Source of the DNA: Peptococcaceae bacterium UBA5767 | Lineage (GTDB): Bacteria; Bacillota; TC1; UBA5767 | Assembly: GCA_002418765.1 (NCBI GenBank) | Contig: DIET01000014.1 | Span: forward strand, 48,376 to 112,375 | Direction of reading: 5' to 3' | DNA length: 64,000 bases | In this document: positions 1-10,232 of the stretch, in pieces | Layout: each line of letters opens with the position of its first letter | Numbering within the stretch: position 1 is the first letter of the stretch | Position numbers and translations under genes: made by a program | The notes under the pieces: generated by a model | Told to the model about the DNA's origin: nothing | The model's database searches: none | What the model saw: the letters and a program-made list of their open reading frames with translations, nothing else

Positions 1-1194
1 ACCGACTCAACGAGAATATCAACACAGGCCCAAGAAGAAGTTGCCCAATACATAAAGACAGAGTATGGGGAAAACTATTTACCACCCAAACAGAGAGTTT
101 ATAGTTCGAAGAAAAGCGCACAGGATGCACACGAGGCCATTCGACCGACAACGATCAATCTTAATCCAGAACAGATCAAGGATTGTCTTTCCAAAGACCA
201 ATTCAAACTATATCAATTGATATGGGTCCGTTTTGTAGCTTCACAAATGGCGAGTGCCATCATTGACACACTTACGATAGACATTGAAGCATCTGGTGAT
301 CATCAACATGCTTTATTCAGATCCAACGGTTCATTGATTAAGTTTTTAGGTTATCTTGTACTTGATCGTGAAGCCAAGAAATCGCTTCAAGAGGTGTCTT
401 TGCCAGATTTGCAAATGGATGAATCATTGTTGTTAGAAAAACTCACGCCTACCCAACATTTCACCCAACCACCCGCTCGTTTCAATGAAGCATCATTGGT
501 CAAAACACTCGAAGAGATGGGCATTGGCAGGCCAAGTACCTATGCCACCATCATTGATACCATTGTCCGTCGGGGATACGTAGTGAAAGAGAATAAGCTA
601 TTTCATTCTACAGAATTGGGTCGGATTGTTTTGGATGTACTCAAATCTAATTTTACACATGTCCTCGATCCTACGTTTACTGCAGATATGGAGACCAAAT
701 TAGACTCTGTAGAAGAAGGAAATGCCAATTGGAAGGTAATTTTAACTGAATTTTATGAAATTTTTGAAAAGGAACTCAAAAAAGCTGAAGAGGAAATTAG
801 TAAAATTGAAATCAAAGATGAAGTATCAGATGAAATTTGTGATAAATGTGGCAGAAATATGGTTATCAAAATGGGACGATATGGAAAATTTTTAGCTTGT
901 CCTGGATTCCCTGAATGTAAAAATACGAAACCAATTATCAAAGGCACTGGAAAGACTTGCCCTAAGTGTGGTGCTGAAATTGTAGAGAAGAGAAGTCGTA
1001 CAGGGAAAATTTTTTATGGGTGTGCCCAATATCCTATATGTGATTTTGTGAGTTGGGATTTACCATTGGATGAACTTTGTCCAAAATGTCATTACCCTCT
1101 GGCACAGAAAAGTAAGCGATTTGGTGGTTATAAATACTGTCTTTCTGAAACCTGTGATTATAGTGAACAAAAAAAGAAGACGAAAGACAAGTAA
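1..1194 (+). CDS. topA: DNA topoisomerase I, C-terminal portion (5' end upstream of window)
   Basis: Frame 1 is open from nt 1 (TDSTRISTQAQEE...) and runs into listed ORF 217..1194. GRPSTYA motif plus C-terminal CxxC...CxxC zinc-ribbon repeats (CDKCG/CPGFPEC, CPKCG/CAQYPIC, CPKC/CLSETC). topA-trmFO-xerC synteny. Confidence 0.93.
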   Translation, partial: TDSTRISTQAQEEVAQYIKTEYGENYLPPKQRVYSSKKSAQDAHEAIRPTTINLNPEQIKDCLSKDQFKLYQLIWVRFVASQMASAIIDTLTIDIEASGDHQHALFRSNGSLIKFLGYLVLDREAKKSLQEVSLPDLQMDESLLLEKLTPTQHFTQPPARFNEASLVKTLEEMGIGRPSTYATIIDTIVRRGYVVKENKLFHSTELGRIVLDVLKSNFTHVLDPTFTADMETKLDSVEEGNANWKVILTEFYEIFEKELKKAEEEISKIEIKDEVSDEICDKCGRNMVIKMGRYGKFLACPGFPECKNTKPIIKGTGKTCPKCGAEIVEKRSRTGKIFYGCAQYPICDFVSWDLPLDELCPKCHYPLAQKSKRFGGYKYCLSETCDYSEQKKKTKDK

Positions 1195-1233
1195 AGATCT
1201 GACCGTATCCTAGGAATGAAAAGGTATAAAATT

Positions 1234-2553
1234 ATGCAGGTTACCATCATCGGAGGAGGTTTGGCCGGAGTTGAAGCTGCTTATCAGCTGGCCAATCAAG
1301 GGGTAGATGTTGTTCTCTATGAACAGCGACCCATTCAAACATCCAAAGCCCATCACACAGAGTATCTTTCGGAGTTGGTCTGCAGCAATTCATTGCGCTC
1401 CAATGAGATCGGGAATGCATCAGGATTATTGAAGGAAGAGTTAAGAATCTGTGGATCATTGGTAATGCAAGTTGCCGATAAAAACAAGGTGCCTGCTGGG
1501 GGCGCATTGGCAGTTGATCGAGAGAAATTCTCCCAGAGCATAACCAAGATTATTGAAGAGCACGAACATATCCAGCTTATCAGACAACCAGTTAACGAGA
1601 TACCCACTAAGGGATATATTGTCGTGGCTACAGGTCCTCTTACGGAAGGTCCTATTGCTGATTCCATCCGCTTCGTTTGTGGACAAGATTATTTTCATTT
1701 TTTTGATGCAGCTGCACCTGTTGTGACGCTGGAATCCATCAATATGGAGAAATCCTGGTGGGCTTCTCGTTACGATAAAGGAGAAAAAGATTACATCAAT
1801 TGCCCGCTGACGGAAGAAGAATACCATAGGCTGATTGCGTTTCTCGTTCAAGCCAAAAAGCATAAACCGGATATGGAAGGGGAAGAGATTTATTTTGAAG
1901 GTTGCATGCCCGTAGAAGAGATGGCTAGACGCGGCGAGAAGACTTTGGCATTTGGGCCACTGAAACCAGTCGGACTCATTGATCCGCATACCAAGCAAGA
2001 ACCATATGCTGTGGTGCAGCTTCGGATTGACAACAAAGAGAAGACTTTATTTAATTTGGTGGGATTTCAAACCAGTCTTGTTTTTTCTGAACAAAAGAAG
2101 ATGCTATCGCTCATTCCTGGATTAGAAGAGGCAGAGATTGTTCGCTATGGTGTAATGCATCAGAATTCTTATATCAACAGTCCTCTATTGTTAGGATCAG
2201 ATGGCTCGCTACAGGCTGATCCACGAATTTATTTTGCCGGACAAATTACAGGTGTAGAAGGCTATATTGAGAGTGTGGCAAGTGGATTGGCGAGCGCCTG
2301 GAGTTTGGCTGCGAAGATCCATGGACAACCATATGAGGCTTTTCCAGATACTACAGCCATAGGAAGCTTGATGCGTTACATTAGCACTTCGGCTGATGCT
2401 AGATATTTCCAACCTATGAATATCAATTGGGGCATAGTGACGGAACTTATTCCTCGTATACGGCAGAAAAAATTGAGGAATGAAGCTCTGGGCAAACGTG
2501 CGTTGACTGATCTTGATGCTTATATAAATAGGTACAGGAGTCAAAAAAAATGA
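1234..2553 (+). CDS. trmFO: methylenetetrahydrofolate--tRNA-(uracil-5-)-methyltransferase TrmFO
   Basis: N-terminal FAD fold VTIIGGGLAGVEAAYQLA, then SELVCSNSLRS and FAGQITGVEGYIES motifs. ATG 1234 is preferred over 1216 because AAGG lies 9 nt upstream, whereas 1216 has no spacer after AGGA. Confidence 0.9.
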   Translation: MQVTIIGGGLAGVEAAYQLANQGVDVVLYEQRPIQTSKAHHTEYLSELVCSNSLRSNEIGNASGLLKEELRICGSLVMQVADKNKVPAGGALAVDREKFSQSITKIIEEHEHIQLIRQPVNEIPTKGYIVVATGPLTEGPIADSIRFVCGQDYFHFFDAAAPVVTLESINMEKSWWASRYDKGEKDYINCPLTEEEYHRLIAFLVQAKKHKPDMEGEEIYFEGCMPVEEMARRGEKTLAFGPLKPVGLIDPHTKQEPYAVVQLRIDNKEKTLFNLVGFQTSLVFSEQKKMLSLIPGLEEAEIVRYGVMHQNSYINSPLLLGSDGSLQADPRIYFAGQITGVEGYIESVASGLASAWSLAAKIHGQPYEAFPDTTAIGSLMRYISTSADARYFQPMNINWGIVTELIPRIRQKKLRNEALGKRALTDLDAYINRYRSQKK

Positions 2554-3476
2554 ATGCTTCAAAACATTTGGATGAATATTTGAGGATGTTAGGCAATGAA
2601 AAAAATTACTCTCAACATACATTGAAAGCATATAAGAAAGATATCGAGGATTTCTTTTTGTTCTTGCAAGAATATGAGGGTTTAGATGAAGGTTTATTGG
2701 ATAGCATTACCCATTTACAAATTCGACGTTATTTGGGGCAAATGAATAAATTGGATTATAAATCAACTACCTTGTCCAGACACTTGTCATCGATCAGGGC
2801 CTTTTTCTCTTATCTTGAGTCTGAAGAGTTGATAGCTCATAATCCCATGGATAGGATCACCAGTCCTAAACTGAACAAGAAAATTCCCAAATTTCTTTAT
2901 CAGGAGCAAATTAATAGATTGATGGAACTGCCTGATATGCAAGATGCGATTGGTGTTCGTGACCGAGTCATTTTGGAGATGCTTTATGGCACTGGAATCA
3001 GGGTAGGCGAGATGGTCCTTTTGAACAAAGAAGACATTGATTTTTCCCGTAGATTTATTCGTGTTCTTGGCAAAGGGAATAAGGAGAGGATTGTTCCTTT
3101 TGGTATCATCCTCCAAGATGTATTGTTGGATTATCTAAACCAGTGGATTGAGACTTTAACAGCAGGAATGGACACCCCATATTTGCTGGTCAACAAGTAT
3201 CAAAGACGTTTGTCCGATCGCAGTATCAGAAAAATACTAGAGCACTATGGTAAGATGTTGGGTGTTGGTAGTATCCATCCTCATATGCTTCGTCATTCCT
3301 ATGCTACGCATTTATTGGAAAATGGGGCGGATTTACGTATAGTTCAAGAGCTTCTTGGACATGAGCATCTCTCCACCACACAGATTTATACTCACTTGAC
3401 CAAGCAACACCTTAAGGAAGTATATAGCAAAGCCCATCCTCATGGGCAACATGGGAAAAAGGACTTGTTGAAATAA
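2550..3476 (+). CDS. xerC: tyrosine recombinase XerC/CodV-type
   Basis: Phage-integrase fold with R...HxxR...Y catalytic signature (GIRVGE, HPHMLRHSYATHLL, GHEHLSTTQIYTH). Start overlaps trmFO stop (ATGA). Conserved position after trmFO. Confidence 0.88.
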   Translation: MNASKHLDEYLRMLGNEKNYSQHTLKAYKKDIEDFFLFLQEYEGLDEGLLDSITHLQIRRYLGQMNKLDYKSTTLSRHLSSIRAFFSYLESEELIAHNPMDRITSPKLNKKIPKFLYQEQINRLMELPDMQDAIGVRDRVILEMLYGTGIRVGEMVLLNKEDIDFSRRFIRVLGKGNKERIVPFGIILQDVLLDYLNQWIETLTAGMDTPYLLVNKYQRRLSDRSIRKILEHYGKMLGVGSIHPHMLRHSYATHLLENGADLRIVQELLGHEHLSTTQIYTHLTKQHLKEVYSKAHPHGQHGKKDLLK

Positions 3477-3595
3477 GAAGGGTATGGTATACTTTTTTGC
3501 GTATGAAAAATCACACAATCGGAATTGGAAAGGGGTGCCCGAGTGGTACTTTCTGATGAAGAAGGTTGTGGAAGAAAAACCAAGGAGGAATTGAA

Positions 3596-4453
3596 ATGGC
3601 AGTTATTTCAATGAAACAATTATTAGAATCAGGTGTTCACTTTGGACATCAAACTCGGCGCTGGAATCCTAAAATGGCTCGTTATATTTTTACGGACCGC
3701 AATGGAATCTACATTATTGATTTGCAACAAACGGTAAAACTACTGGATGACGCATATAATTTTTTGCGTGATGTTTCAGCAGAAGGCAAAAAGGTAATCT
3801 TCGTAGGCACCAAGAAACAAGCACAAGATGCCATTAAGGAAGAGTCCATCCGTTCAGGATCATTCTTCATCAACCAGAGATGGTTGGGAGGCATGCTGAC
3901 CAATTTTAATACGATAAAGAAACGTGTTACCCGTTTGAAAAAGTTGGAAGAGATGGCTGCTGATGGTACGTTTGATGTTCTTCCTAAAAAAGAAGTTATC
4001 AAGCTGAACAATGAAAAAGACAAATTAGAAAGATATCTGGGCGGAATCAAAGAAATGAACAGTCTGCCAGGAGCCCTTTTTGTCGTAGACCCTAAAAAAG
4101 AGCGTATTGCCATTGCTGAAGCGAGAAGACTGCACATTCCGATTGTTGCGATTGTAGACACGAACTGTGATCCCGATGAGATTGATTACGTGATTCCAGG
4201 CAATGATGATGCCATTAGAGCAGTTAAATTGATCACCAAAAAAATGGCAGACGCTGTCATTGAGGGATCGCAAAGCAAAGTAGATGACATGGATTTTGAA
4301 GATGTCACAACGGAAGAGATTGCTGAGGATGTGGAAGCAACTACAGTAGATGAAGTGAAAATCGAAGACACAGCCGTACAGGAAGATAGTAATGAAACTC
4401 TTGCTACAGCAACTTCTGAGGTTGTGTTGAAAGAGACAACCATAGAAGTCTAA
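3596..4453 (+). CDS. rpsB: 30S ribosomal protein S2
   Basis: [27 protein letters not shown]... is canonical S2. AGGAGGA RBS precedes ATG 3596, so the listed 3566 start is an upstream extension. Acidic C-terminal tail. Confidence 0.95.
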   Translation: MAVISMKQLLESGVHFGHQTRRWNPKMARYIFTDRNGIYIIDLQQTVKLLDDAYNFLRDVSAEGKKVIFVGTKKQAQDAIKEESIRSGSFFINQRWLGGMLTNFNTIKKRVTRLKKLEEMAADGTFDVLPKKEVIKLNNEKDKLERYLGGIKEMNSLPGALFVVDPKKERIAIAEARRLHIPIVAIVDTNCDPDEIDYVIPGNDDAIRAVKLITKKMADAVIEGSQSKVDDMDFEDVTTEEIAEDVEATTVDEVKIEDTAVQEDSNETLATATSEVVLKETTIEV

Positions 4454-4488
4454 ATTCATATGATGAAGTAGTCAGGAGGAGGTTATCA

Positions 4489-5133
4489 ATGATAAGTGCT
4501 AATTTGGTAAAAGAATTGCGTGAAATGACCGGTTCAGGGATGATGGACTGTAAAAAAGCTCTTACTGAAACTGGTGGAGATATCAACAAGGCAATTGAGT
4601 ATTTAAGGGAACATGGATTGGCAGCCGCAGCCAAAAAAGCGGGTAGAATTGCTACTGAAGGATTGGTCGAGTCTTATATTCATGGGGGAGGCCGAATCGG
4701 TGTCCTGGTTGAGGTAAACTGTGAAACAGATTTTGTAGCCAATACAGATGAATTCAGAACATTTGTCAAGGATATTGCTATGCAGATTGCTGCGGCCAAG
4801 CCTGAATTCGTACGTGAAGAAGAAGTTCCACAAGAAGCCATTGAAAAGGAAAAGGAAATTCTTCGTAATCAAGCATTGAATGAAGGAAAACCAGCTGCTA
4901 TTGTTGATAAAATGGTCGAGGGTAGAATTAAAAAGTATTATGAGCAAGTTTGCCTGATGAATCAGACATTTGTCAAAAATCCGGATCAGAAAATTAGTGA
5001 TATTGTCACCGAAAAAATTGCAAAAATTGGAGAGAACATCTCTATTAGGAGATTTGCTCGCTATGAATTGGGTGAAGGATTAGAAAAAAAACAGGATAAT
5101 TTTGCTGATGAAGTTGCTTCCATGATAAAATAA
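4489..5133 (+). CDS. tsf: elongation factor Ts
   Basis: [23 protein letters not shown]-like N-terminus, [11 protein letters not shown] motif, AGGAGGAGG RBS, rpsB-tsf synteny. Confidence 0.95.
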   Translation: MISANLVKELREMTGSGMMDCKKALTETGGDINKAIEYLREHGLAAAAKKAGRIATEGLVESYIHGGGRIGVLVEVNCETDFVANTDEFRTFVKDIAMQIAAAKPEFVREEEVPQEAIEKEKEILRNQALNEGKPAAIVDKMVEGRIKKYYEQVCLMNQTFVKNPDQKISDIVTEKIAKIGENISIRRFARYELGEGLEKKQDNFADEVASMIK

Positions 5134-5146
5134 TGGAAATTCCTGT

Positions 5147-5174
5147 AGGGAACACTTTTGTGTTCCCTTTTTTT
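5147..5174 (+). terminator. intrinsic terminator after tsf
   Basis: AGGGAACAC-tttt-GTGTTCCCT hairpin followed by TTTTTT. Confidence 0.8.
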
Positions 5175-5211
5175 GAAGTAAAATAGAAGAAATGAAAGTC
5201 GAGGCAGAGGC

Positions 5212-5928
5212 ATGAAGCAACCCCAATACAGCCGGATATTATTAAAAATTAGCGGAGAAGCCTTGGCAGGCGAAAAAGGATTTGGCATAGATAATGATAC
5301 AGTTGCCGGTATTGCCAAAGAAATCAAGGATGTTGTTGAATTGGGTGTGCAAGTTGTTATTGTCGTCGGAGGCGGAAATATTTGGAGAGGCGCTGATAAA
5401 GGTGCTTCAGGCATTGATCGTTCTACGGCAGACTATATGGGTATGCTGGCCACCATCATGAATTCTCTTGCTATTCAAGGTTCACTGGAACGTATTGGTG
5501 TTCCCACCAGGGTACAGAGTTCCATTGAAATGAAAGAAGTGGCTGAACCATTCATCAGAAGACGTGCGCTACGGCATCTGGAGAAAGGTAGGGTAGTTAT
5601 TTTCGGTGGAGGTACTGGCAATCCTTATTTTTCAACGGATACAGCTGCAGCACTAAGAGCTACAGAGATGAATTGTGAGATCATTTTGATGGCCAAAAAA
5701 GTTGATGGAGTATATGATCAAGACCCTCATGTATATCCAGACGCAAAATTTTATTCTAAGATTTCTTTCCGTGATGTATTAAACCAGGGATTGAAAGTGA
5801 TGGATGCAACAGCGGCTTCTTTGTGTATGGAAAATGATATTAATCTTCTTGTTTTCAATCTAACGGTGAAAGGGAATATAATTAAAGCTGTTTTTGGCGA
5901 AAAAATTGGAACCATAGTCGGGAGGTAA
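5212..5928 (+). CDS. pyrH: UMP kinase
   Basis: [10 protein letters not shown]..., [10 protein letters not shown] and [17 protein letters not shown] motifs. Confidence 0.95.
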   Translation: MKQPQYSRILLKISGEALAGEKGFGIDNDTVAGIAKEIKDVVELGVQVVIVVGGGNIWRGADKGASGIDRSTADYMGMLATIMNSLAIQGSLERIGVPTRVQSSIEMKEVAEPFIRRRALRHLEKGRVVIFGGGTGNPYFSTDTAAALRATEMNCEIILMAKKVDGVYDQDPHVYPDAKFYSKISFRDVLNQGLKVMDATAASLCMENDINLLVFNLTVKGNIIKAVFGEKIGTIVGR

Positions 5929-5930
5929 AA

Positions 5931-6491
5931 ATGAGTATAGCGAAGACCATAAGTGATGCAGAACAAAAAATGTTGATTGCCATTGAAGCCTATAAACACG
6001 AATTGTCTACCATTCGTACTGGTAGGGCTAATCCTTCCATTTTGGAAGGTATCCGGGTTGACTACTACGGCGTGCCGACACCCCTCAATCAGGTAGGTAA
6101 TATTAGTGCACCTGAGCCCCGCATGTTGATTATCCAACCTTGGGATAAATCTATTATCAATGGCATAGAAAAAGCCATTTTGGCTGCCAATATAGGTATT
6201 AATCCTGGTAATGACGGTGAAGTGATTCGTCTTCCCATTCCTCAACTGACAGAGGAGAGAAGGAAAGAGCTCGTGAAGCAAGTCAAGAAAAAAGGGGAAG
6301 ATTTTAAGGTCGAGATAAGAAACATTCGAAGGCAGACTAATGATTTGCTTAAAAAATTGGAAAAAGATGAAGGCGTCTCTGAAGATGCAGTAAAGAATGG
6401 TGAGGCTGAAGTTCAAGAATTAACCAAGAAATATTCTGAACTCATCGATAGCATTGGTGTTCATAAAGAAGAAGCAATACTAGAGGTTTAA
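5931..6491 (+). CDS. frr: ribosome recycling factor
   Basis: LSTIRTGRANPSILEGIRVDYYG and PIPQLTEERRKELVK motifs. pyrH-frr synteny. Confidence 0.95.
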   Translation: MSIAKTISDAEQKMLIAIEAYKHELSTIRTGRANPSILEGIRVDYYGVPTPLNQVGNISAPEPRMLIIQPWDKSIINGIEKAILAANIGINPGNDGEVIRLPIPQLTEERRKELVKQVKKKGEDFKVEIRNIRRQTNDLLKKLEKDEGVSEDAVKNGEAEVQELTKKYSELIDSIGVHKEEAILEV

Positions 6492-6493
6492 GG

Positions 6494-6519
6494 AAAACCC
6501 CCTATTCTTAGGGGGTTTT
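6494..6519 (+). terminator. intrinsic terminator after frr
   Basis: AAAACCCCCTA-ttct-TAGGGGGTTTT hairpin whose 3' arm ends in a T-run. Confidence 0.8.
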
Positions 6520-6534
6520 CATCAAGGAGAATGT

Positions 6535-7251
6535 ATGGTGAAACATCAATCGATGCATGCTGAACGCCAGATGCCAAGGCATATTGGCATAATCATGGAT
6601 GGTAATGGACGCTGGGCCAAAAGACGTGGATTGCCTAGAACCATGGGACATAAGGCAGGTATGAAAACACTGAAAGAAATTGTAAAAATATCTGTTGAAT
6701 GGGGCCTGGAAATGGTTACCGTGTATGCATTTTCCTCTGAGAACTGGAAAAGACCAGGTGAGGAAATACATTTTTTGATGCAGCTTATGATTGAGGTCAT
6801 GAACAATGAGATCATGGAATTGCATCAAGCTGGTGTCAAAATCAATATATTGGGTGATCTGGACTCCTTGCCAGAAGATACAAAGGTAGCAATCAACAAG
6901 GGCTTACAGTTAACACAAAATAATCAAGTGATGACTTTGAACATTGCTTTCAATTACGGCGGAAGACAAGAAATCATAAGAGCAGTGCGATTGGCCTTGG
7001 AATTGGATCTCATGCCAGAAGAAATTACTGAAGAAAAACTGTCTTCTCTGATGTATACTAAGGACATGCCAGATCCTGATTTGATTATTCGGACTTCTGG
7101 AGAAATGCGTATTAGTAATTTTTTGTTGTGGCAAATTGCGTATTCAGAACTCTATGTTACCGATGCATACTGGCCGGACTTTGATCGTAAGGAATATGAA
7201 AAGGCTGTACACAATTACCAGAACCGGGGTAGAAGGTTTGGAGGCATATGA
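6535..7251 (+). CDS. uppS: isoprenyl transferase (undecaprenyl diphosphate synthase)
   Basis: HIGIIMDGNGRWAKRRGLPR and IRTSGEMRISNFLLWQIAYSE signature motifs. Confidence 0.93.
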   Translation: MVKHQSMHAERQMPRHIGIIMDGNGRWAKRRGLPRTMGHKAGMKTLKEIVKISVEWGLEMVTVYAFSSENWKRPGEEIHFLMQLMIEVMNNEIMELHQAGVKINILGDLDSLPEDTKVAINKGLQLTQNNQVMTLNIAFNYGGRQEIIRAVRLALELDLMPEEITEEKLSSLMYTKDMPDPDLIIRTSGEMRISNFLLWQIAYSELYVTDAYWPDFDRKEYEKAVHNYQNRGRRFGGI

Positions 7252-8057
7252 TGAAATTGGATAAAGAAAATCTTATCTACCGTACGCTAACTGCAGTTCT
7301 AGGCATTATTGTATTGCTTTTCATATTTTATTGGGGAGGATATATCTATTCTCTACTTATTGTGGCCATTGCCATAGCTGCTTATATTGAATACGTGCAA
7401 ATCAGCCAGCATATGGGCAAGAAAATCCCTGCTGTTTTGGGAGCCATTGCTGGCTTAACATTCCTACTACATCATATTGTGGATATGTCGCTGAGTTGGG
7501 GTACATTGTTCGTACCTATTATTGTATTGATGTGTTTTGAAATGATTGTGAAATACCCTAGGATGAAATTTGATGATTTGACGATGGGTTTCTTTGGCAT
7601 ATTCTATATTTTTGTATTGATATCATATTTCCTCAACATACGAGCACTGGAAAATGGATTCCTATGGATTCTGTTTGTGATGATTCTTATTTGGGTGGGA
7701 GACAGTGCAGCCTATTTTGTCGGTGTCAAATGGGGCCAGCATAAACTGGCTGCATCGCTCAGCCCCAAAAAAAGCGTTGAGGGTGCAATTGGGTCATTGT
7801 GCTTCACGGTGATGATATCCATATTGGGGGGCCTATTCTTTTTTTCTTTTGATCCGTTAAGCGGTTTGTTGTTTGGTATCGTTGTATCTGTATCAGGAAT
7901 ATTTGGTGATTTATTTGAGTCAGCATTGAAAAGAACGGCCAATGTCAAAGATTCCGGTAAATTACTTCCTGGTCATGGTGGTATTTTAGACCGTTTTGAC
8001 AGTGCCTTGTTTGTGGTTCCAATCGCCTATTTCTTTATCACGAGATTTTTGCTGTAG
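7248..8057 (+). CDS. cdsA: phosphatidate cytidylyltransferase
   Basis: Polytopic membrane protein with CDS signature SALKRTANVKDSGKLLPGHGGILDRFDS. Start overlaps uppS stop. Confidence 0.9.
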   Translation: MMKLDKENLIYRTLTAVLGIIVLLFIFYWGGYIYSLLIVAIAIAAYIEYVQISQHMGKKIPAVLGAIAGLTFLLHHIVDMSLSWGTLFVPIIVLMCFEMIVKYPRMKFDDLTMGFFGIFYIFVLISYFLNIRALENGFLWILFVMILIWVGDSAAYFVGVKWGQHKLAASLSPKKSVEGAIGSLCFTVMISILGGLFFFSFDPLSGLLFGIVVSVSGIFGDLFESALKRTANVKDSGKLLPGHGGILDRFDSALFVVPIAYFFITRFLL

Positions 8058-8065
8058 GAGAAGAT

Positions 8066-9223
8066 ATGGAAAAAATAGCTGTGCTCGGATCAACTGGTTC
8101 CATAGGCACTCAGACTTTAGAAGTCTTGAAAGAACATGCCGATTCCTTTCAAATATCCTTACTTTCAGCCAACACCAATGTTCCTTTGTTGGCAAAACAG
8201 ATTACATTGTTTCGGCCGACCTATGTTTATCTGGCGGACCAGAGCAAACACAGGGATCTGATGTTTACTGTTTCTGATCAAGATTTTCATCTTATCGCCA
8301 CCCAGGATGAATTACATCAACTGTTGCAGTCTGATCTGATAGATACCATAGTGGCTGCTGTGAGTGGATTTGCAGGATTGGCATCTGTTTGGGCGGGTGT
8401 TATGGGTGGTAAAAAAATTGCTTTGGCCAATAAAGAATCTTTGGTGACAGCCGGATCTCTTTTGATGCCATTGGTCCATAGAATGAACGCTAGTCTCATA
8501 CCTGTTGATAGTGAGCACTCAGCAATTTTTCAATGTATTGAGAATACAAAACGAGAGATTGAAAAAGTCATTTTAACAGGCAGTGGAGGTCCGTTTCGAG
8601 ATACGAAGAAAAAAGACTTCAGCAACATCACAGTAGAACAAGCTTTGCGACATCCCAATTGGTCTATGGGACGAAAGATTACCATCGATTCAGCTACATT
8701 GGCCAACAAAGGTTTAGAGATGATAGAAGCTTCATATCTCTTTGATTTGCCATATGAAAAAATTGAAGTGATCATTCATCGTCAGAGTATTGTGCATTCT
8801 CTTGTTCAGTTTGTTGATGGATCCGTTTTGGCGCAAATGGGATTACCTGATATGAAACTGCCGATTCAATATGCGCTGAGTAGTCCTTATAGCATTCCCA
8901 ATCAATGGAAACGTCTTGATTTGACACAAATGAATTCACTCACCTTTGAAAACCCCAGGTATGATGATTTCCCTGCATTGAAACTTGCTTATCAGACGAG
9001 AAAAGATTCGGGCTGTGGTGGTTTATGCTACAACACCGGAAATGAAGTGGGAGTGGATCTGTTCTTAAAGGGGAAGATTGGTTTTACTGAAATACCATGG
9101 ATGATCGAACGCGCCATGGAGCGTTTTATGTACCGAGAGATTGAATCGATCGACCATATTTTTGATTTGGATCAAGAGATTCGTCGGACGCTCTATGCAT
9201 TGGTGGAAAGGAATAGGATATGA
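8066..9223 (+). CDS. dxr: 1-deoxy-D-xylulose 5-phosphate reductoisomerase
   Basis: IAVLGSTGSIGTQTL NADPH motif, LANKESLV, PVDSEHSAIFQC, RHPNWSMG motifs. Confidence 0.93.
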   Translation: MEKIAVLGSTGSIGTQTLEVLKEHADSFQISLLSANTNVPLLAKQITLFRPTYVYLADQSKHRDLMFTVSDQDFHLIATQDELHQLLQSDLIDTIVAAVSGFAGLASVWAGVMGGKKIALANKESLVTAGSLLMPLVHRMNASLIPVDSEHSAIFQCIENTKREIEKVILTGSGGPFRDTKKKDFSNITVEQALRHPNWSMGRKITIDSATLANKGLEMIEASYLFDLPYEKIEVIIHRQSIVHSLVQFVDGSVLAQMGLPDMKLPIQYALSSPYSIPNQWKRLDLTQMNSLTFENPRYDDFPALKLAYQTRKDSGCGGLCYNTGNEVGVDLFLKGKIGFTEIPWMIERAMERFMYREIESIDHIFDLDQEIRRTLYALVERNRI

Positions 9224-10230
9224 CATTTTTATTAACACTTTTGGTCATTGGTATCATTGCTACTGTGCATGAATTGGGACATTATTTTGTGGCCAAAAGG
9301 CAACACATACCCGTGAAGGAACTTTCTATAGGTATTGGACCCAAGATTATGCAAAAATCCTTTCATGAAACGATGTTTTCTTTACGTTTGATTCCTATAT
9401 TTGCTTACGTTCAACTGGGTGGAACTACACCTGATGAAGAGCAAATGAGGAATGGTTTTATGAATGCATCACCTGGCGCAAAAGCAAAAGTCCTTTTTGC
9501 TGGCAGTGTGATGAATGTGGTTCTGGCTATTGTTATCTTTATCATTCTGTTTATGGGAATCGGCATCTATTCAGAAGAAGCGGAAATTGGTCAAGTATAT
9601 GAGAATTCGGCTGCTCAGTTGGCTGGAATAGAAGCGGGAGACGAGATTGTCGCCATTGATGGGACAACCGTATCTTCTTGGGAAGAGATGAGTCAACTTA
9701 TTCAGGATTCCAAAGATGAAATCCTGTTAAGCGTTTCACGCGACGAACAACAGATGGATATATCATTGACCCCCGCTATAGATGAGGAAACCGGTAGGAA
9801 ACTCATCGGGATTGAACGGGCGCGCATTCGACTAAATCTATTCCAGGCTGTTTACCAAGGAACCATGCAGTCCCTGGCTTTTATCATCATGATGCTTCAA
9901 GGTTTATGGATGATGATATCAGGCACTGCTCCAGCGGATGTAAGCGGTCCTGTTGGCATCGCCAACATGGTGCGTGAAGCATCATCAATGGGTTTAACCT
10001 CGCTCGCTCATTTTACGGCGATACTAAGTCTCAATCTAGCAATAATTAATCTTTTGCCAATCCCAGGTCTAGACGGTGGTAAACTGATGATTGTATTGTT
10101 GGAAAAGGTAAGAGGAAAAAGATTGCCTTTTGAAAAGGAAGCAGCCATCAATTTGATTGGATTCGCCTTATTGATAGCAATCATGCTCATCGCCACCTAT
10201 AAAGATCTCATGAAACTTATAGGAGTCTGA
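9220..10230 (+). CDS. rseP: RIP site-2 metalloprotease RseP/RasP family
   Basis: HELGHY zinc motif, central PDZ-like segment (GIEAGDEIVAIDG), NLLPIPGLDGG motif, multiple TM segments. Confidence 0.88.
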   Translation: MTFLLTLLVIGIIATVHELGHYFVAKRQHIPVKELSIGIGPKIMQKSFHETMFSLRLIPIFAYVQLGGTTPDEEQMRNGFMNASPGAKAKVLFAGSVMNVVLAIVIFIILFMGIGIYSEEAEIGQVYENSAAQLAGIEAGDEIVAIDGTTVSSWEEMSQLIQDSKDEILLSVSRDEQQMDISLTPAIDEETGRKLIGIERARIRLNLFQAVYQGTMQSLAFIIMMLQGLWMMISGTAPADVSGPVGIANMVREASSMGLTSLAHFTAILSLNLAIINLLPIPGLDGGKLMIVLLEKVRGKRLPFEKEAAINLIGFALLIAIMLIATYKDLMKLIGV

Positions 10231-10232
10231 AT

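Noticed and set aside
2550-3476. Tyrosine recombinase as a possible marker of an integrated mobile element.
   Set aside because: The conserved topA-trmFO-xerC(codV) synteny and the absence of flanking repeats, excisionase or cargo genes indicate the chromosomal dimer-resolution recombinase.
3531-3550. GGGGTGCCCGAGTGGTACTT upstream of rpsB resembles the D-arm of class II tRNAs (Ser/Leu/Tyr).
   Set aside because: No acceptor stem partner, anticodon arm or GTTCGAATC-type T-arm follows, so it is not a tRNA. I could not support a structured rpsB leader either.
3566-3595. N-terminal extensions suggested by the ORF track for rpsB and other genes: 27081 for rbfA, 33129 arsC, 33475 arsR, 21226 FTR-like, 21743 ferritin-like, 36711 asp23, 38825 relA, 47831 rarA, 52032 lrgA, 56889 lexA, 19465 lipoprotein, 62029 hydratase alpha, 56382 adaptor.
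   Set aside because: In each case an internal ATG/GTG/TTG preceded by a good Shine-Dalgarno sequence reproduces the conserved family N-terminus. The extension would overlap the upstream gene, promoter or RBS.
5147-5168. GAACAC-N-GTGTTC in the tsf terminator looks superficially like a LexA box.
   Set aside because: The spacing is GAAC-N8-GTTC, not N4. It is followed by a T-run directly after a stop codon, so it is a terminator hairpin.
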